This document shows positions 18,944-29,500 of a stretch of DNA of 64,000 bases, piece after piece. A program made the position numbers and the translations under genes. Under the pieces are notes generated by a model, which worked only from the letters and a program-made list of their open reading frames with translations, searched no databases and had not been told where the DNA came from. Source of the stretch: a bacterium (GTDB lineage Bacteria > Krumholzibacteriota > Krumholzibacteriia > G020349025); contig JANLSU010000039.1 of assembly GCA_031362565.1 (NCBI GenBank), positions 128,001-192,000 on the forward strand, written 5' to 3'. Position 1 is the stretch's first letter; every line of letters begins with the position of its first letter.

Positions 18944-21900
18944 TCAAGATTGGTAGAGCGCGCTTTCACGCACCCCGACGTCGAGCCGCGTGATGTGACC
19001 GAGTCGTTCGAAGAGCGCTCGGCTGAGGCCGGCGTCGAGCCGGTCACCGGCGAGAGTGGCCGCGCTGCCGTCGCTGGTGTGGACGCGAATCCAAGCCGTA
19101 TCCTGGCTCAGCTCGTAGACGATCGGCACCTGACAATAACTGAACGCAAGTGCCCCAGCCGGCACGTCGATGGAGCGATACACTGCACTCCGATCGAAGA
19201 AGTTGTACGTACCCGGTTCCCGCCGGAATTCGTTGCGCCTCAGGAGTGCGGGACGGAAGGCGATGATGCCACGCTCGACATCGACACCCAACTCGCCGAA
19301 CCGGGTGAGGATATCCTCTTTGACCTGTCCAGTCACACCGGGCTGCTGGGCGCCGGCGTGTGATGGCGTATGCGAATAGGGGTCGGTCGGAAACGCGCCA
19401 TACTCTTGGACTGTTTTCTCGAAACCCAGGCCGGCGCGGATTCGGTAGTAATTCTGCGCCAGCGCGCCGGTGAGCGCCACGGGCTCGGCCTCCCGCGTCG
19501 CGCGCAGCGCCAGCTCTTGCACGGCGAGCAGGAGCTTCGACACCATGTGCCAGTAGACGCAGCCCAGACCCTCGTAACCATACATGCTGCCCGAGCGGCC
19601 GGTGAAAGCGTGATGGCGAAAGACCGTCTCGAAGACGTCGAGCACCGCCTGGCGGTCGCGTGCGACATGCTCCGACCAAGCATCGCGCGCCGCGAGGTGA
19701 TCCAGGGCTGAACCCAGGTCGAGTGCATTCTTGAAGTCGGCATGGAACCGGTACGCTCCGAGCGCATCGCGTTCCACAATCGAATTCTCCTTGGCTTCAA
19801 CCAGGTTCCGCAAGAGCGGCACGCTGCGCACGTGCTCGTCGGGAACGACGTTCCGCTCGATGAACCCCGGGAGCTCACGCTCCGGATACAGCAAGAAACT
19901 GCGTTGGTCGGCCCGGTACATGCGGCTCCGGAACAAGCTTGTGAGGACCTGGAGCGCGTCGACGGGACTCACGACTCCGGAGCTCAACACGGCCACTTGT
20001 CCCTCGAGCATCTCCTCCAGGTGCCGAATCGCGATCTCAGGCCGATCCGGCGTCATCTGCAGCAGGTTGTACGAGTGGTAGAGACCATCGGGCCGCTGGT
20101 TGGCACGAATCGCATGGTCGAGATACTCCAAGGCGACGCGGCAAAGCGCCCCGATCTCCGCCACTGGAATCGCTTCCCTGCCGGAAAATCCGCGCGCGTA
20201 GACCGCCGCGCGGTATTCCGAGAATGTCCGGCCCAAAGCATCCATCAACTGCCGGCGATCGACATCCTGCACTTTGTCCGACGCGAGAACCCCGCGGTTC
20301 GCACTCAGGATCTTGTGCACTTGCTGCAACCAAAGCACAACCTCGGCCGACATCTGCACCGCGGTGGGTCCCAGAGGCGCCACGAGGCCTTCGAGAAACG
20401 CCAGGTACCGGCGCAGATAGCACAGGGTGACCATCGAGATTCCGTTGCCCACGAGCGCATTGTTCGCGTCGTTCCATTCCGGCCGCTGGGTGTTCATCCA
20501 AATACCGGCATCCGGCACCAGGTTCGAGAGTTTCGAGAGCGCCGGAACCACGAGCTTCTCGAGCAAATTGACGTGATACACCGATCCGTCGCGACCCGGC
20601 ACGAGCTTCCCGTCGGTCCCGATGGCGCGGACACGGTCGGCGATCCGCTTGGCCAGTTCCGCGTCGTAGACGACTGTCGAGCGCGGGTCTTGCAGCATTT
20701 CCTCGTATGGTTTGACCCGGTACGGAACGTCCGCGTAGCAAAAAACCTCGCGATCGAGCAGATCCTCGAGTTTGCCGGGCACAAAGTTCGCCAGCGCCTC
20801 GAGAAACTTCAGCAGGTAGACGATCTGGTGGTCGCCCCAGTATCCGATGCAACTCCACGGATCATCCGGGTCGGCGACCTCCCAATCGATACCCTCATGG
20901 GTAATTCGATACGGATTGAACCCATCGATGGTGGACGCGTTGACGAACTTGGCGATGAAACTCGGCAGGAAACAGGGAAAGCTCCGGGCGAGCGCCTCCC
21001 AGTTCTGAAAGATGTCCCGCCAGTTGCCCTCGTAACGCAGGGCACGGCTACCGTCCGGGTTCCGGGTGCGAATCGAAAAGCGATTCCAGGGCCGGCTGGG
21101 ATCGCCATGCCGGCGGCCAAAGTAGATCGGCAGGTACTCGTGGCACAGTCGTTCGAGATCCGGATCCTGGGTGCGGGCGGCCGCGGCGGCCAGGTCCGGC
21201 AGGAGAATCTCAGCCGGTAGGGCTGCCAGGAAAGCGTGATTGCGGCCGGCGGCCACGCGGTTCCGTGCCCGCAGACTCGCCGCAAGATCCGCCGTCGAGA
21301 TGCCGTAGTCGTGCGCGAACGTACCGCCCCGCATGTTGTTGAACACGACGCATGCCAAGTGATGACCAGCGGCCTCACGTTGGCCGGTGAGCTGGATTCC
21401 ATCGGCATTGCCGGCATTGCGGAGCAAGTTCCGGTTCGCGTTCAAGAGACTGTCTTCGATCGCGCGGTCGAGACCCGCCGCCTCTCCGAGGCGGCGGCGG
21501 AGGGCGGCAATTTGGACGTGGCTCTGGCCGGTATCGGCGACGACATGCCACTTCGCATGCGCCCCGGGTTCCAATTCGAGCCGCGCGGCGACAAGGTAGT
21601 TGCCGCGGCGCCCGGTCAAAGAATGCCCGTGGTGGACCGCCGCGCCGCGCCGGAACGCCGCAATCGCGTCCGCTGCAAGACAGACGTCGAAACCAGCGAG
21701 GCCGCAACTCCAAACCGTGTTGGCGCGCAGCTCTTCAGCTGCTTCGGGCCGGTCGATAATGCGCGCGGTGAGCGAGAAAACCCCGAGCCGCGTTTCTGGA
21801 TCGCAGTCGCTGCGTTTGTACGCATCGACCAGGCAACTCGACTGTTGATAGAGCGCGAGGGGCACGCCATGGGGCAGGACATTTCGCAAGCCGTCAAGGA

Positions 21901-22411
21901 CCGCCGCCCCGATCGCACCGGAACCTCGATTGGTAAGAGTCGCGGTACGCACCAGGCCGAACTCATCACTTCCGGCCCAGCGATACCGAAACACGAGACC
22001 GAGATCGTGATTGATCTCTTCGAAAAGAACCCGGTTGCCGAGCGGCGTCTTGTACAGATTCCGCTCGATGCGGAAGTCCTCCGCAGCGCGTTCGGAAAAC
22101 GGCTGCCACAAGACATCGCGCCTGGAGTGCCGTTGCAGCCGAATGAGGCTGATGGGGCCCGTGTGGTAATGGCCGTCGTGAAGCTTGTCGACCGTTTCGT
22201 AGGGAAACAGGCTGCCGTCGGGGTCCGTTCTCCCCGCCGTCAGGCCGCCGCCGGAACTGATGAACATCCACAGATCGGCGTCGCTGGTGATGCTCATCAG
22301 AAATGGCGGCAGCCGGTCGTAGGCGGAGATACGGTAATACTCCTCCCCGTCCACCAACGTGAACTCGCCGGCTGGCTCCGGGCGAGTCTGTGCGGCGCGA
22401 CCGATGGTCAA
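18944..22411 (-). CDS. GH149-type beta-1,3-glucan phosphorylase (1155 aa)
   Basis: Motifs LWMFISS.GGLTAGR, FGRRHGDPSRPWN, YEGNWRDIFQNWEAL, WMNTQRPEWNDANNALVG, EMLEGQVA, YEGLG..YWHMVSKL, YGAFPTDPYSHTP, QQPG.TGQVKE. No signal peptide. AGGAG before the TTG start. Confidence 0.85.
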   Translation of the reverse strand: MTIGRAAQTRPEPAGEFTLVDGEEYYRISAYDRLPPFLMSITSDADLWMFISSGGGLTAGRTDPDGSLFPYETVDKLHDGHYHTGPISLIRLQRHSRRDVLWQPFSERAAEDFRIERNLYKTPLGNRVLFEEINHDLGLVFRYRWAGSDEFGLVRTATLTNRGSGAIGAAVLDGLRNVLPHGVPLALYQQSSCLVDAYKRSDCDPETRLGVFSLTARIIDRPEAAEELRANTVWSCGLAGFDVCLAADAIAAFRRGAAVHHGHSLTGRRGNYLVAARLELEPGAHAKWHVVADTGQSHVQIAALRRRLGEAAGLDRAIEDSLLNANRNLLRNAGNADGIQLTGQREAAGHHLACVVFNNMRGGTFAHDYGISTADLAASLRARNRVAAGRNHAFLAALPAEILLPDLAAAAARTQDPDLERLCHEYLPIYFGRRHGDPSRPWNRFSIRTRNPDGSRALRYEGNWRDIFQNWEALARSFPCFLPSFIAKFVNASTIDGFNPYRITHEGIDWEVADPDDPWSCIGYWGDHQIVYLLKFLEALANFVPGKLEDLLDREVFCYADVPYRVKPYEEMLQDPRSTVVYDAELAKRIADRVRAIGTDGKLVPGRDGSVYHVNLLEKLVVPALSKLSNLVPDAGIWMNTQRPEWNDANNALVGNGISMVTLCYLRRYLAFLEGLVAPLGPTAVQMSAEVVLWLQQVHKILSANRGVLASDKVQDVDRRQLMDALGRTFSEYRAAVYARGFSGREAIPVAEIGALCRVALEYLDHAIRANQRPDGLYHSYNLLQMTPDRPEIAIRHLEEMLEGQVAVLSSGVVSPVDALQVLTSLFRSRMYRADQRSFLLYPERELPGFIERNVVPDEHVRSVPLLRNLVEAKENSIVERDALGAYRFHADFKNALDLGSALDHLAARDAWSEHVARDRQAVLDVFETVFRHHAFTGRSGSMYGYEGLGCVYWHMVSKLLLAVQELALRATREAEPVALTGALAQNYYRIRAGLGFEKTVQEYGAFPTDPYSHTPSHAGAQQPGVTGQVKEDILTRFGELGVDVERGIIAFRPALLRRNEFRREPGTYNFFDRSAVYRSIDVPAGALAFSYCQVPIVYELSQDTAWIRVHTSDGSAATLAGDRLDAGLSRALFERLGHITRLDVGVRESALYQS

Positions 22412-22478
22412 CTTCCGGCTCCTCGATTTCGATGCAAGCCGCGCCGCCTGGATGTCGCTCGGGCGTGACTACGACTGG

Positions 22479-23903
22479 TTACTTCATCAGCACCATGTTG
22501 TGCGCCAATTTACCCGCCGAGGTTGTCAGCACGTACCGATAAATCCCCGTTGCGGCGGTGCCGCCATTCGTCGTCTTTCCATCCCACACCACAGCGTGTG
22601 GGCCCGGCTCCACAGTGCCGCGCAACAGAGTCGCCATCCGCCGGCCGGCGACATCGTAAATGCTCAGGTCCACGGTGTCCGCCTGCGGCAGATCGAACGC
22701 AATGCGAGTCGACGGATTGAAAGGGTTCGGTACGTTTTGATGCAGCCAGAGACTGGCGGCGGGCGTGCCGGGAGCAACGTCCGTCGGGCCTTGTTGCCGG
22801 AACAACACGTCATCGATGAACATCGCTCCGCCGGATATCGTTGGCGAAACGAAGAGAATATACGCTTGTACCGACGCGGTGCCTGCCGGAGCCGGGGGGG
22901 ATCTCAGGACATGCTGCGTCCATGTTCCAAGCGGCGCAGCGTGGTCGATGATCACCGTTTGGCTCGAGCCGATCTCGGTGTTGGCGGCATCGCGGAACAC
23001 GATCTTGGCGAGCCCGAGGTTGTCGTTGGTCCCGGAAATGGGGCCGTCCTGGCACGTGGTCAGCGAGTAGACATCGAGCTTCCATTTCGATCCCGGCGCC
23101 GCCGCAAAAGCCTGATACATGCCGGAATCGGAACCCAAGACAAACGTCGAGAACAACTTGGCGGCGCCGGCCGGCGTACGGGCTGCGAATGCGCGCCCGT
23201 CGTACAGCGCGTTGCCGAACGTGGTCCAGCCGTTCAGGCTGGTGGCAAAACTCGAGTTGGCCAGGAGATTGGATTCCGCGGCGCCCGGCGTCAGCTCGAC
23301 GAACGACGTGTCATCCACGTAGACCGCTCCGCCATCGCAGGCCGGCTGCAGGTACAGGAACATGGCCTGCACACGCAATGCGCCGGGAGGAACCGGCGCC
23401 GACACCGAGAAGGCGTTCCACTGGTTGCGAATCGAGTTGCCGTCACCGATGACGACTTCGTTCGAAGAAATCTCGGAGCCGCCACCCGCAGCATTGAAAA
23501 AGACGATCTTCGCGATCATGCGGTTCTTGTTGCAGGTGTCGGTGCCCGGAATAGGGTCGGCACTCGACACGTACGAATAGCCGCTCAGCCGATAAAGCTT
23601 GCCGGGCGTCGGTGCGAGGAGGGATTGGAAGCAACCACTGACGTTGAACCCCCCAGGACCGGGACAGCCCGGGAATGCTCCGAAGATCTTCGACGCGGCA
23701 ACGCCGGTGCGAATGATGTTGTCTCCCGCCGGCAGCGACAACGCCACATTGTTCCCAGGAAAAGTGGACCAGCCGTTGTACGAGCCGCCTGCCGCCTCGA
23801 AGCCGGGGTTGGTCAGGAGATTGGCCTGCGCGAACGATTGTGACGCGATGGCCAATGCGGCCACGAACGTCAACGGAAGCGAAGCGTTCAAGAGGCGCTG
23901 CAT
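22479..23903 (-). CDS. Secreted protein with two CBM-like domains and FlgD/T9SS-like CTD (474 aa)
   Basis: GAGGAGG RBS, signal peptide, tandem domains NLLTNPGFE...GGAVYVDD and NLLANSSF...GGAMFIDD, then QNVPNPFNP...WDG...ATGIY...NMVLMK. Confidence 0.85.
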   Translation of the reverse strand: MQRLLNASLPLTFVAALAIASQSFAQANLLTNPGFEAAGGSYNGWSTFPGNNVALSLPAGDNIIRTGVAASKIFGAFPGCPGPGGFNVSGCFQSLLAPTPGKLYRLSGYSYVSSADPIPGTDTCNKNRMIAKIVFFNAAGGGSEISSNEVVIGDGNSIRNQWNAFSVSAPVPPGALRVQAMFLYLQPACDGGAVYVDDTSFVELTPGAAESNLLANSSFATSLNGWTTFGNALYDGRAFAARTPAGAAKLFSTFVLGSDSGMYQAFAAAPGSKWKLDVYSLTTCQDGPISGTNDNLGLAKIVFRDAANTEIGSSQTVIIDHAAPLGTWTQHVLRSPPAPAGTASVQAYILFVSPTISGGAMFIDDVLFRQQGPTDVAPGTPAASLWLHQNVPNPFNPSTRIAFDLPQADTVDLSIYDVAGRRMATLLRGTVEPGPHAVVWDGKTTNGGTAATGIYRYVLTTSAGKLAHNMVLMK

Positions 23904-24069
23904 CGTGACCCTCCTCAGGTGAAGCACCGGGAACGAATCTCGTTGCGAATCGGTGTCGATCTCGATCCCGACTCGATGGCGCGCGGCCGTGTCGCGGCGC
24001 GCCAGGACTCCAGACGACACCCGGCGCGCCTGCTTGTGGACCCATAGGGGGCGGAGGCCGATGCGTGTC

Positions 24070-24118
24070 TTGACAGTCCTATTGGGATCCTACACTATGT
24101 TCGATAGGCGAACAAAGT
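24070..24118 (+). promoter_or_regulatory. Palindromic operator copy 2 with overlapping sigma70-like promoter
   Basis: TTGACA (24070-24075), N17, CACTAT (24093-24098). ACTATGTTCG-ATAGG-CGAACAAAGT at 24094-24118, 25 bp before the ATG at 24144. Confidence 0.8.
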
Positions 24119-24143
24119 CCCTTTTTTCGTGGCGAGGCACCGG

Positions 24144-25151
24144 ATGCAGGCCGATCGCACATTGCCGCAGGCCCCGTTGCTCGAACTGTGCGGCATCCGC
24201 AAGACTTTCACCTCGACCGGGCTGTTCGCGGCCGCGCGCCGCGTTGTCGCCGCGTCCGACGTCTCGTTCGCGATCGAGCGCGGACAGGCCGTGGCGTTGG
24301 TCGGCGAATCGGGTAGCGGCAAGAGCACCCTCGCACGGCTCGTCCTGCGGCTCGAAAACCCGGACGTTGGCGAGATTCGTCTCGACGGCCTGGATATGCT
24401 GGCCCAGGAGCCTCGTGGAGCTTCCCTTGGCTATCGCGCCCGCGTGCAAATGGTGTTTCAGGACCCCTTTGGCTCGCTGAACCCAGTCCACGACGTCTTC
24501 CATCATTTGGAGCGACCGCTGCGGCGCCATCACCGGGCAGAGCCTGCGAACGTGCGAGCGCGGGCCCTGGAACTGCTGAATATTGTCGGCCTCGAGCCGG
24601 CCGAGGACTTCATCGACCGGCGTCCGTACGAACTGTCGGGCGGGCAGCGCCAGCGAGTCGCCATCGCCCGCGCCCTCGCGGTGGACCCCGACCTCCTGGT
24701 CGCCGATGAGCCGACGTCGATGCTCGACGTGTCGATCCGCATGGGGGTTCTGAACCTTCTCGCGCATCTCAAGCGCGACCGGCACCTCGCCATCCTGCTC
24801 ATCACGCACGATCTGGCGTCGGCGCGTTACCTGGCGGACCGCGTCCTTGTTCTCTATCGCGGCCGGGTCGTGGAAGAGGGCTCGACCAACGCCGTGATCG
24901 AGACGCCGGCCCACCCTTACACGCGTGCGCTTCTGGCTTCCATCGCCGGCGACGCAGCGGACACGCAGCGGACCGCGCCGCGATGGGTCGAAGCCTCGAG
25001 TGGCGAAGAAACCCACGGCTGTCCGTTTGCGCCGCGCTGCCCCGACGTGCTCGACATTTGTCACACCGAGGATCCGCCGCCGCGGACTGCGAACGGCCGC
25101 CAAGTTCGCTGCCACCTGTACCCGCAAAACGCGCCGGCATCCGGGAGCTGA
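24144..25151 (+). CDS. Opp/Dpp-family ABC ATP-binding subunit (OppF-like)
   Basis: GESGSGKS, LSGGQRQR, LLVADEPTSMLD, ITHD, HPYT and Cys-rich GCPFAPRCP...C...VRCHL. Confidence 0.95.
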   Translation: MQADRTLPQAPLLELCGIRKTFTSTGLFAAARRVVAASDVSFAIERGQAVALVGESGSGKSTLARLVLRLENPDVGEIRLDGLDMLAQEPRGASLGYRARVQMVFQDPFGSLNPVHDVFHHLERPLRRHHRAEPANVRARALELLNIVGLEPAEDFIDRRPYELSGGQRQRVAIARALAVDPDLLVADEPTSMLDVSIRMGVLNLLAHLKRDRHLAILLITHDLASARYLADRVLVLYRGRVVEEGSTNAVIETPAHPYTRALLASIAGDAADTQRTAPRWVEASSGEETHGCPFAPRCPDVLDICHTEDPPPRTANGRQVRCHLYPQNAPASGS

Positions 25152-25157
25152 GGCTCG

Positions 25158-26546
25158 ATGGGCACGCACGTTTTCCCGCCAGGGTTTTTATGGGGTGTGG
25201 CGACATCCGCCCCACAGATCGAGGGCGGGTTCGCGGCAGGCAAGCGTGGAGAGTCCATTTGGGACCGCTTCGCCGCGACTCCCGGTCGGATCGCCGACGG
25301 TTCCAACCCCACGATCGCGTGCGATCACTACCATCGATGGCCGGAGGATGTCCGGCTCTTGCAGTGGCTCGGCGTTGGAGCCTACCGATTCTCGATCGCC
25401 TGGCCGCGGGTGCTGCCGGCAGGCCGCGGCCCAATCAACACGGCCGGACTCGACTTCTACGACGGTCTCGTCGATGCACTTCTGGATGTCGGCGTTGAGC
25501 CGTTCGTGACGCTGTACCACTGGGATCTGCCCCAGGTTTTGCAGGATGAAGGCGGCTGGGGCGCGCGCCATACGGCAGAGGCGTTCGCGGCCTACGCGGC
25601 TGTCGTGGCGAAACGCCTCGGCGACCGCGTGCACCGCTGGATCACCCACAACGAGCCCTGGTGCGTCTCCGTCCTCGGGCACGAAGAGGGCCAGCATGCG
25701 CCCGGCCACCAAGACCCCGCGGAAGCGGTGCGCGTCGCGCACCATTTGCTGCTTTCACACGCCTGGGCGAGGGATGCGGTGCGCCAGAACGCGCCCGGAT
25801 CCGAGGTTGGAATCACGCTCAACCTCACGCCCGGATATCCCGCCTCCGAAAGCGACGCCGACCGTTTGGCGACGCACCGTTTCGACGGCTTGTTCAACCG
25901 CTGGTTCCTCGATCCGCTCTTCCGCGGTTGTTATCCCGCGGACACGGTGGCGGACCGGATTCGCCGCGGCCACGTCGAATCCGACCTGCCATTCGTGCAG
26001 GACGGTGATCTGCGCGCCATCGCGGCACCGATGGATTTTCTGGGCGTGAACTACTATAGCCGCGCCATCGTCCGCGCCGATGCTGCGGGCGACCCGATCG
26101 CGGTGCCGCTGCCTCCACAGACCGAGCAGACCGCAATGGAATGGGAAGTCTTTCCCGAGGGGCTCTACGATCTTCTCGCCCGCATTTGGCGCGAGTATCG
26201 TCCGCCAAAGATCTACATCACCGAGAATGGCGCTGCTTACCTCGACGAGGTCGAGGTTGGAGGGCACGTCTCCGACGTGCGCCGCGTCGAATTCCTGCGC
26301 CGCCACCTCGCCGCAGCACACCGTGCAATTGCCGCCGGGGTACCACTTCACGGTTATTTCGCTTGGTCACTTCTCGACAACTTTGAATGGGCCGAAGGCT
26401 ACGCGAAGCGTTTCGGCCTGTACCGCGTCGACTTTGCCACGCAGGAACGCACCGCCAAAGAAAGCGCCATCTGGTATCGCGACGTCGCGGCCACAAGTGC
26501 GGTCGACGACAGAATGGATCCGGCCACCGCCAGGAGGCTCCCATGA
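25158..26546 (+). CDS. GH1 beta-glucosidase, cytoplasmic (462 aa)
   Basis: FLWGVATSAPQIEG, YRFSIAWPR, TLYHWDLP, THNEP, ITENG, WSLLDNFEWAEGY.KRFGL. Confidence 0.96.
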   Translation: MGTHVFPPGFLWGVATSAPQIEGGFAAGKRGESIWDRFAATPGRIADGSNPTIACDHYHRWPEDVRLLQWLGVGAYRFSIAWPRVLPAGRGPINTAGLDFYDGLVDALLDVGVEPFVTLYHWDLPQVLQDEGGWGARHTAEAFAAYAAVVAKRLGDRVHRWITHNEPWCVSVLGHEEGQHAPGHQDPAEAVRVAHHLLLSHAWARDAVRQNAPGSEVGITLNLTPGYPASESDADRLATHRFDGLFNRWFLDPLFRGCYPADTVADRIRRGHVESDLPFVQDGDLRAIAAPMDFLGVNYYSRAIVRADAAGDPIAVPLPPQTEQTAMEWEVFPEGLYDLLARIWREYRPPKIYITENGAAYLDEVEVGGHVSDVRRVEFLRRHLAAAHRAIAAGVPLHGYFAWSLLDNFEWAEGYAKRFGLYRVDFATQERTAKESAIWYRDVAATSAVDDRMDPATARRLP

Positions 26547-29500
26547 CACCGAACCGTCGACACGCCGTCGCGGCGATTACTGCGATCGCTGCACTCCTCA
26601 CAACGGCGCGTGCCTCGGCACAAGCCGCCGACGCACCTCGGACGAGCGTCGTCCGCGTTGCGGCCGATGCCGCCGGGACGAAGCTCCAGGTCGACGGCAA
26701 GGACTTCATGGTGTTCGGAATGAACTGGGACTACTGCCCCATCGGTCAGAACTACAATTACGGCCTGTGGGGCCAGCCCGACGACATCATCGAGGCGGCG
26801 CTCGGCCGCGAGATGCCGCTTCTGAAGGGCATGGGTGTGAACGCGATCCGCGTCTACGTCGGCATCCCGCCGCGCTGGGTGCGCTACATCTACGAGCACT
26901 ACGGCATCTACACCGTGATCAACCATCCAATCGCCCGCTACGGGTACACGCTGGATGGCGTTTGGATTCCCTCGGTCGACTACTCCAGCCCGCGCCTGCG
27001 CGCGGCGCTGGCCGCCGAAATAACGGCCCTGGTCGACCAGTTTCGCGGTGTGCCCGGCGTCCTCATGTGGCTGCTGGGAAACGAGAACAACTATGGTCTC
27101 TCGTGGACCTCGTTCGAGATCGAAGCGCTACCTGCCGGTGAGCGCGATGCAGCCCGCGCCCGCCAACTCTATTCGCTTTTCGGGGAAATCATCCGCACCG
27201 TCAAGGCGCACGATCCCGACCGCCCGGTCGCCATCGCCAACGGCGATGTGCAGTACGTCGATATCATCGCGCAAGAGTGCAAAGGGTTAGACGTCTTCGG
27301 GACCAACGTCTACCGCGGCATCTCCGCCCGCGACCTTTTTCAAGTCGTCCACGACAAACTGGGCGTCCCCGTGATGTTCACCGAGTTCGGCTCGGATGCG
27401 TGGAACGCCAAGGACATGCGCGAGGATCAGATCATGCAGGCGCGCTACCTCGTCGGCCAGTGGCGCGAGATCTACGAACAGTCGAGCGGCAAGGGACGCG
27501 TGGGCAACGCGATTGGTGGTTTTGTATTTCAGTGGAGCGACGGCTGGTGGAAGTTCGGCCAGGAAAGCCGCCTCGACATCCACGACACTAACGCCTCGTG
27601 GCCCAACGGCGGCTATGTGGAGGATTTCGTGCCGGGCCGCAACAACATGAACGAGGAGTGGTGGGGCATCTGCGCCAAGGGCCAACCGGATGACCGCGGT
27701 TTGTACGAAGAGTACCCGCGCGCCGCATACTATGCACTACGACGGGCGTTACGGCTGGATCCGTACGCACCGGGAACGGATCTCGCGGTGATCCAGGGGC
27801 ACTTCGCCGCCTGCGACCCGGTGTTGTCCGGCCTCGAAGCACGCGGCGACCGCGCCAGTCTCGCGGCCGATGGGCTCGAACGCGTGCGGTTGAGCGGATT
27901 GCGGCTCGAGTTCGAGACCTTCAGCACCGGTGGATCCCGCATCACGACGCCGCGCGCGTCGGCGCCGCAGGCAAGTCTGCCCTCCTACCTCGGCTTCGAC
28001 CATCTCGAGTCGTTCTATGCGGACGTGCAGGTGCAGCCCAATCCCAGTGTGACGGGCACGGTGTCATTCAACGTCTTGGGGCACGTCCCACTCAACCGCA
28101 TCGACCAGATCAACTACGAGAACCGCGGCCGGACGCGCACGGTCCTGACGGATGAAGCGCCGCCGCCTGGGGGATTCGAGCCGCCGCTGCAGCTGGAGGG
28201 AATCGAACGGGTGAAAGTGTACCGCGGCAATGTCTCATGGGACGCCCCCCGGTTTCAGCTCGAGGGCTTCTACCGCACCGGCCACACGCATTGGGGCTAC
28301 GAAGGCGACTTCTTCGGCCTGTATCGCGATGCGTACTACGGCACGAACATCGATATCTACAATGGCGAAGCGCCGGTGGGCATCGAGATGAGCGGCAAGG
28401 GCGGGCTTGCAGGTTGGAAACTCGCTTTCGGCCCGCAATTGTGGTGGGGCGCCAACCCGGCTTTTTTGCTGAAGTACCGCCACAACATCGGTTCCTTCGA
28501 CACCGCCGCCCTGTTCCAAGAGGACATCGCCAACCAATCCTCCGTCACGTCCTCGAACGCTGTGCCGCCACGGCGTACGCGCAAAGCGACGCTGCAAATG
28601 AAAACCCGGCGCGGTCCGCTCGGCATCGAGGTCGGTGGCATCTGGGCCGGTTCGCCCCGCGTCGACGAGAGCTTTCAAATCGCTGCAGGAACGTCCGGCA
28701 ACTATCGCATTCTGCAGGACCACGTCGTTGCGACCGATGCCCTCGGCGTCAAAGGCAAGGTGACGGTAGAACGTGGCCTTTGGCATTGGTACGCGCAGGC
28801 CGCATATATGGGACTCGTCGCCGACGGCGGTCCAACCGCGCCCATCACGTTCACTGGATGGAGCCTCAAGGACACCGGTTCGGGCAACCAGACGAACGCC
28901 ATTACCGGCTTGGCGGTCAACTTCGGGAATTTCCAGTTCGGTCCCAATTTTCTCTGGCAGAAACCGATCGTGGGGCCGGTTCCGGGCGACGTTCAGTCAC
29001 CCGGGCGGCCGCGCAACATTCTCGACGACCCTTTTGCGGTGCGCGCCAACCGCGAGACCGTCGGCGGCGAACTGCTCCTCGCATATGACCCGACGCCGGC
29101 CACGTGGATGTGGGCATGGGACAATGACGTGCGCGAAGACGCCCGCCTGGCCGCGAGCCTGGGCCTAGCGATTCGCCACTTGCCCACCACTCAAGACGCC
29201 AGTATTGGCATTCAGGCCGACGGCCGCACGACGTTCCCGTTCCCAGGCGCGCCACCGCCACGCGACTTGTGGGAGGCACGGACGCGCCTGGTGTCGCGAC
29301 TGCGGAGCGATATTCGCATGGTGACGCATCTCTTCGCCGGCGCCGGCGAACCGAATGGCAATGACCCGCGGGTCGTGCATCGCTATGGCGCCGACACCCG
29401 GCTCGCCTGGGGATCCATGACGCTGGCGACGGCCGCGAAGTGGAACGACTGGGGACCGTACGACTACCATCGCGACGGTAACCTGACGTTCCCGGTGCAA

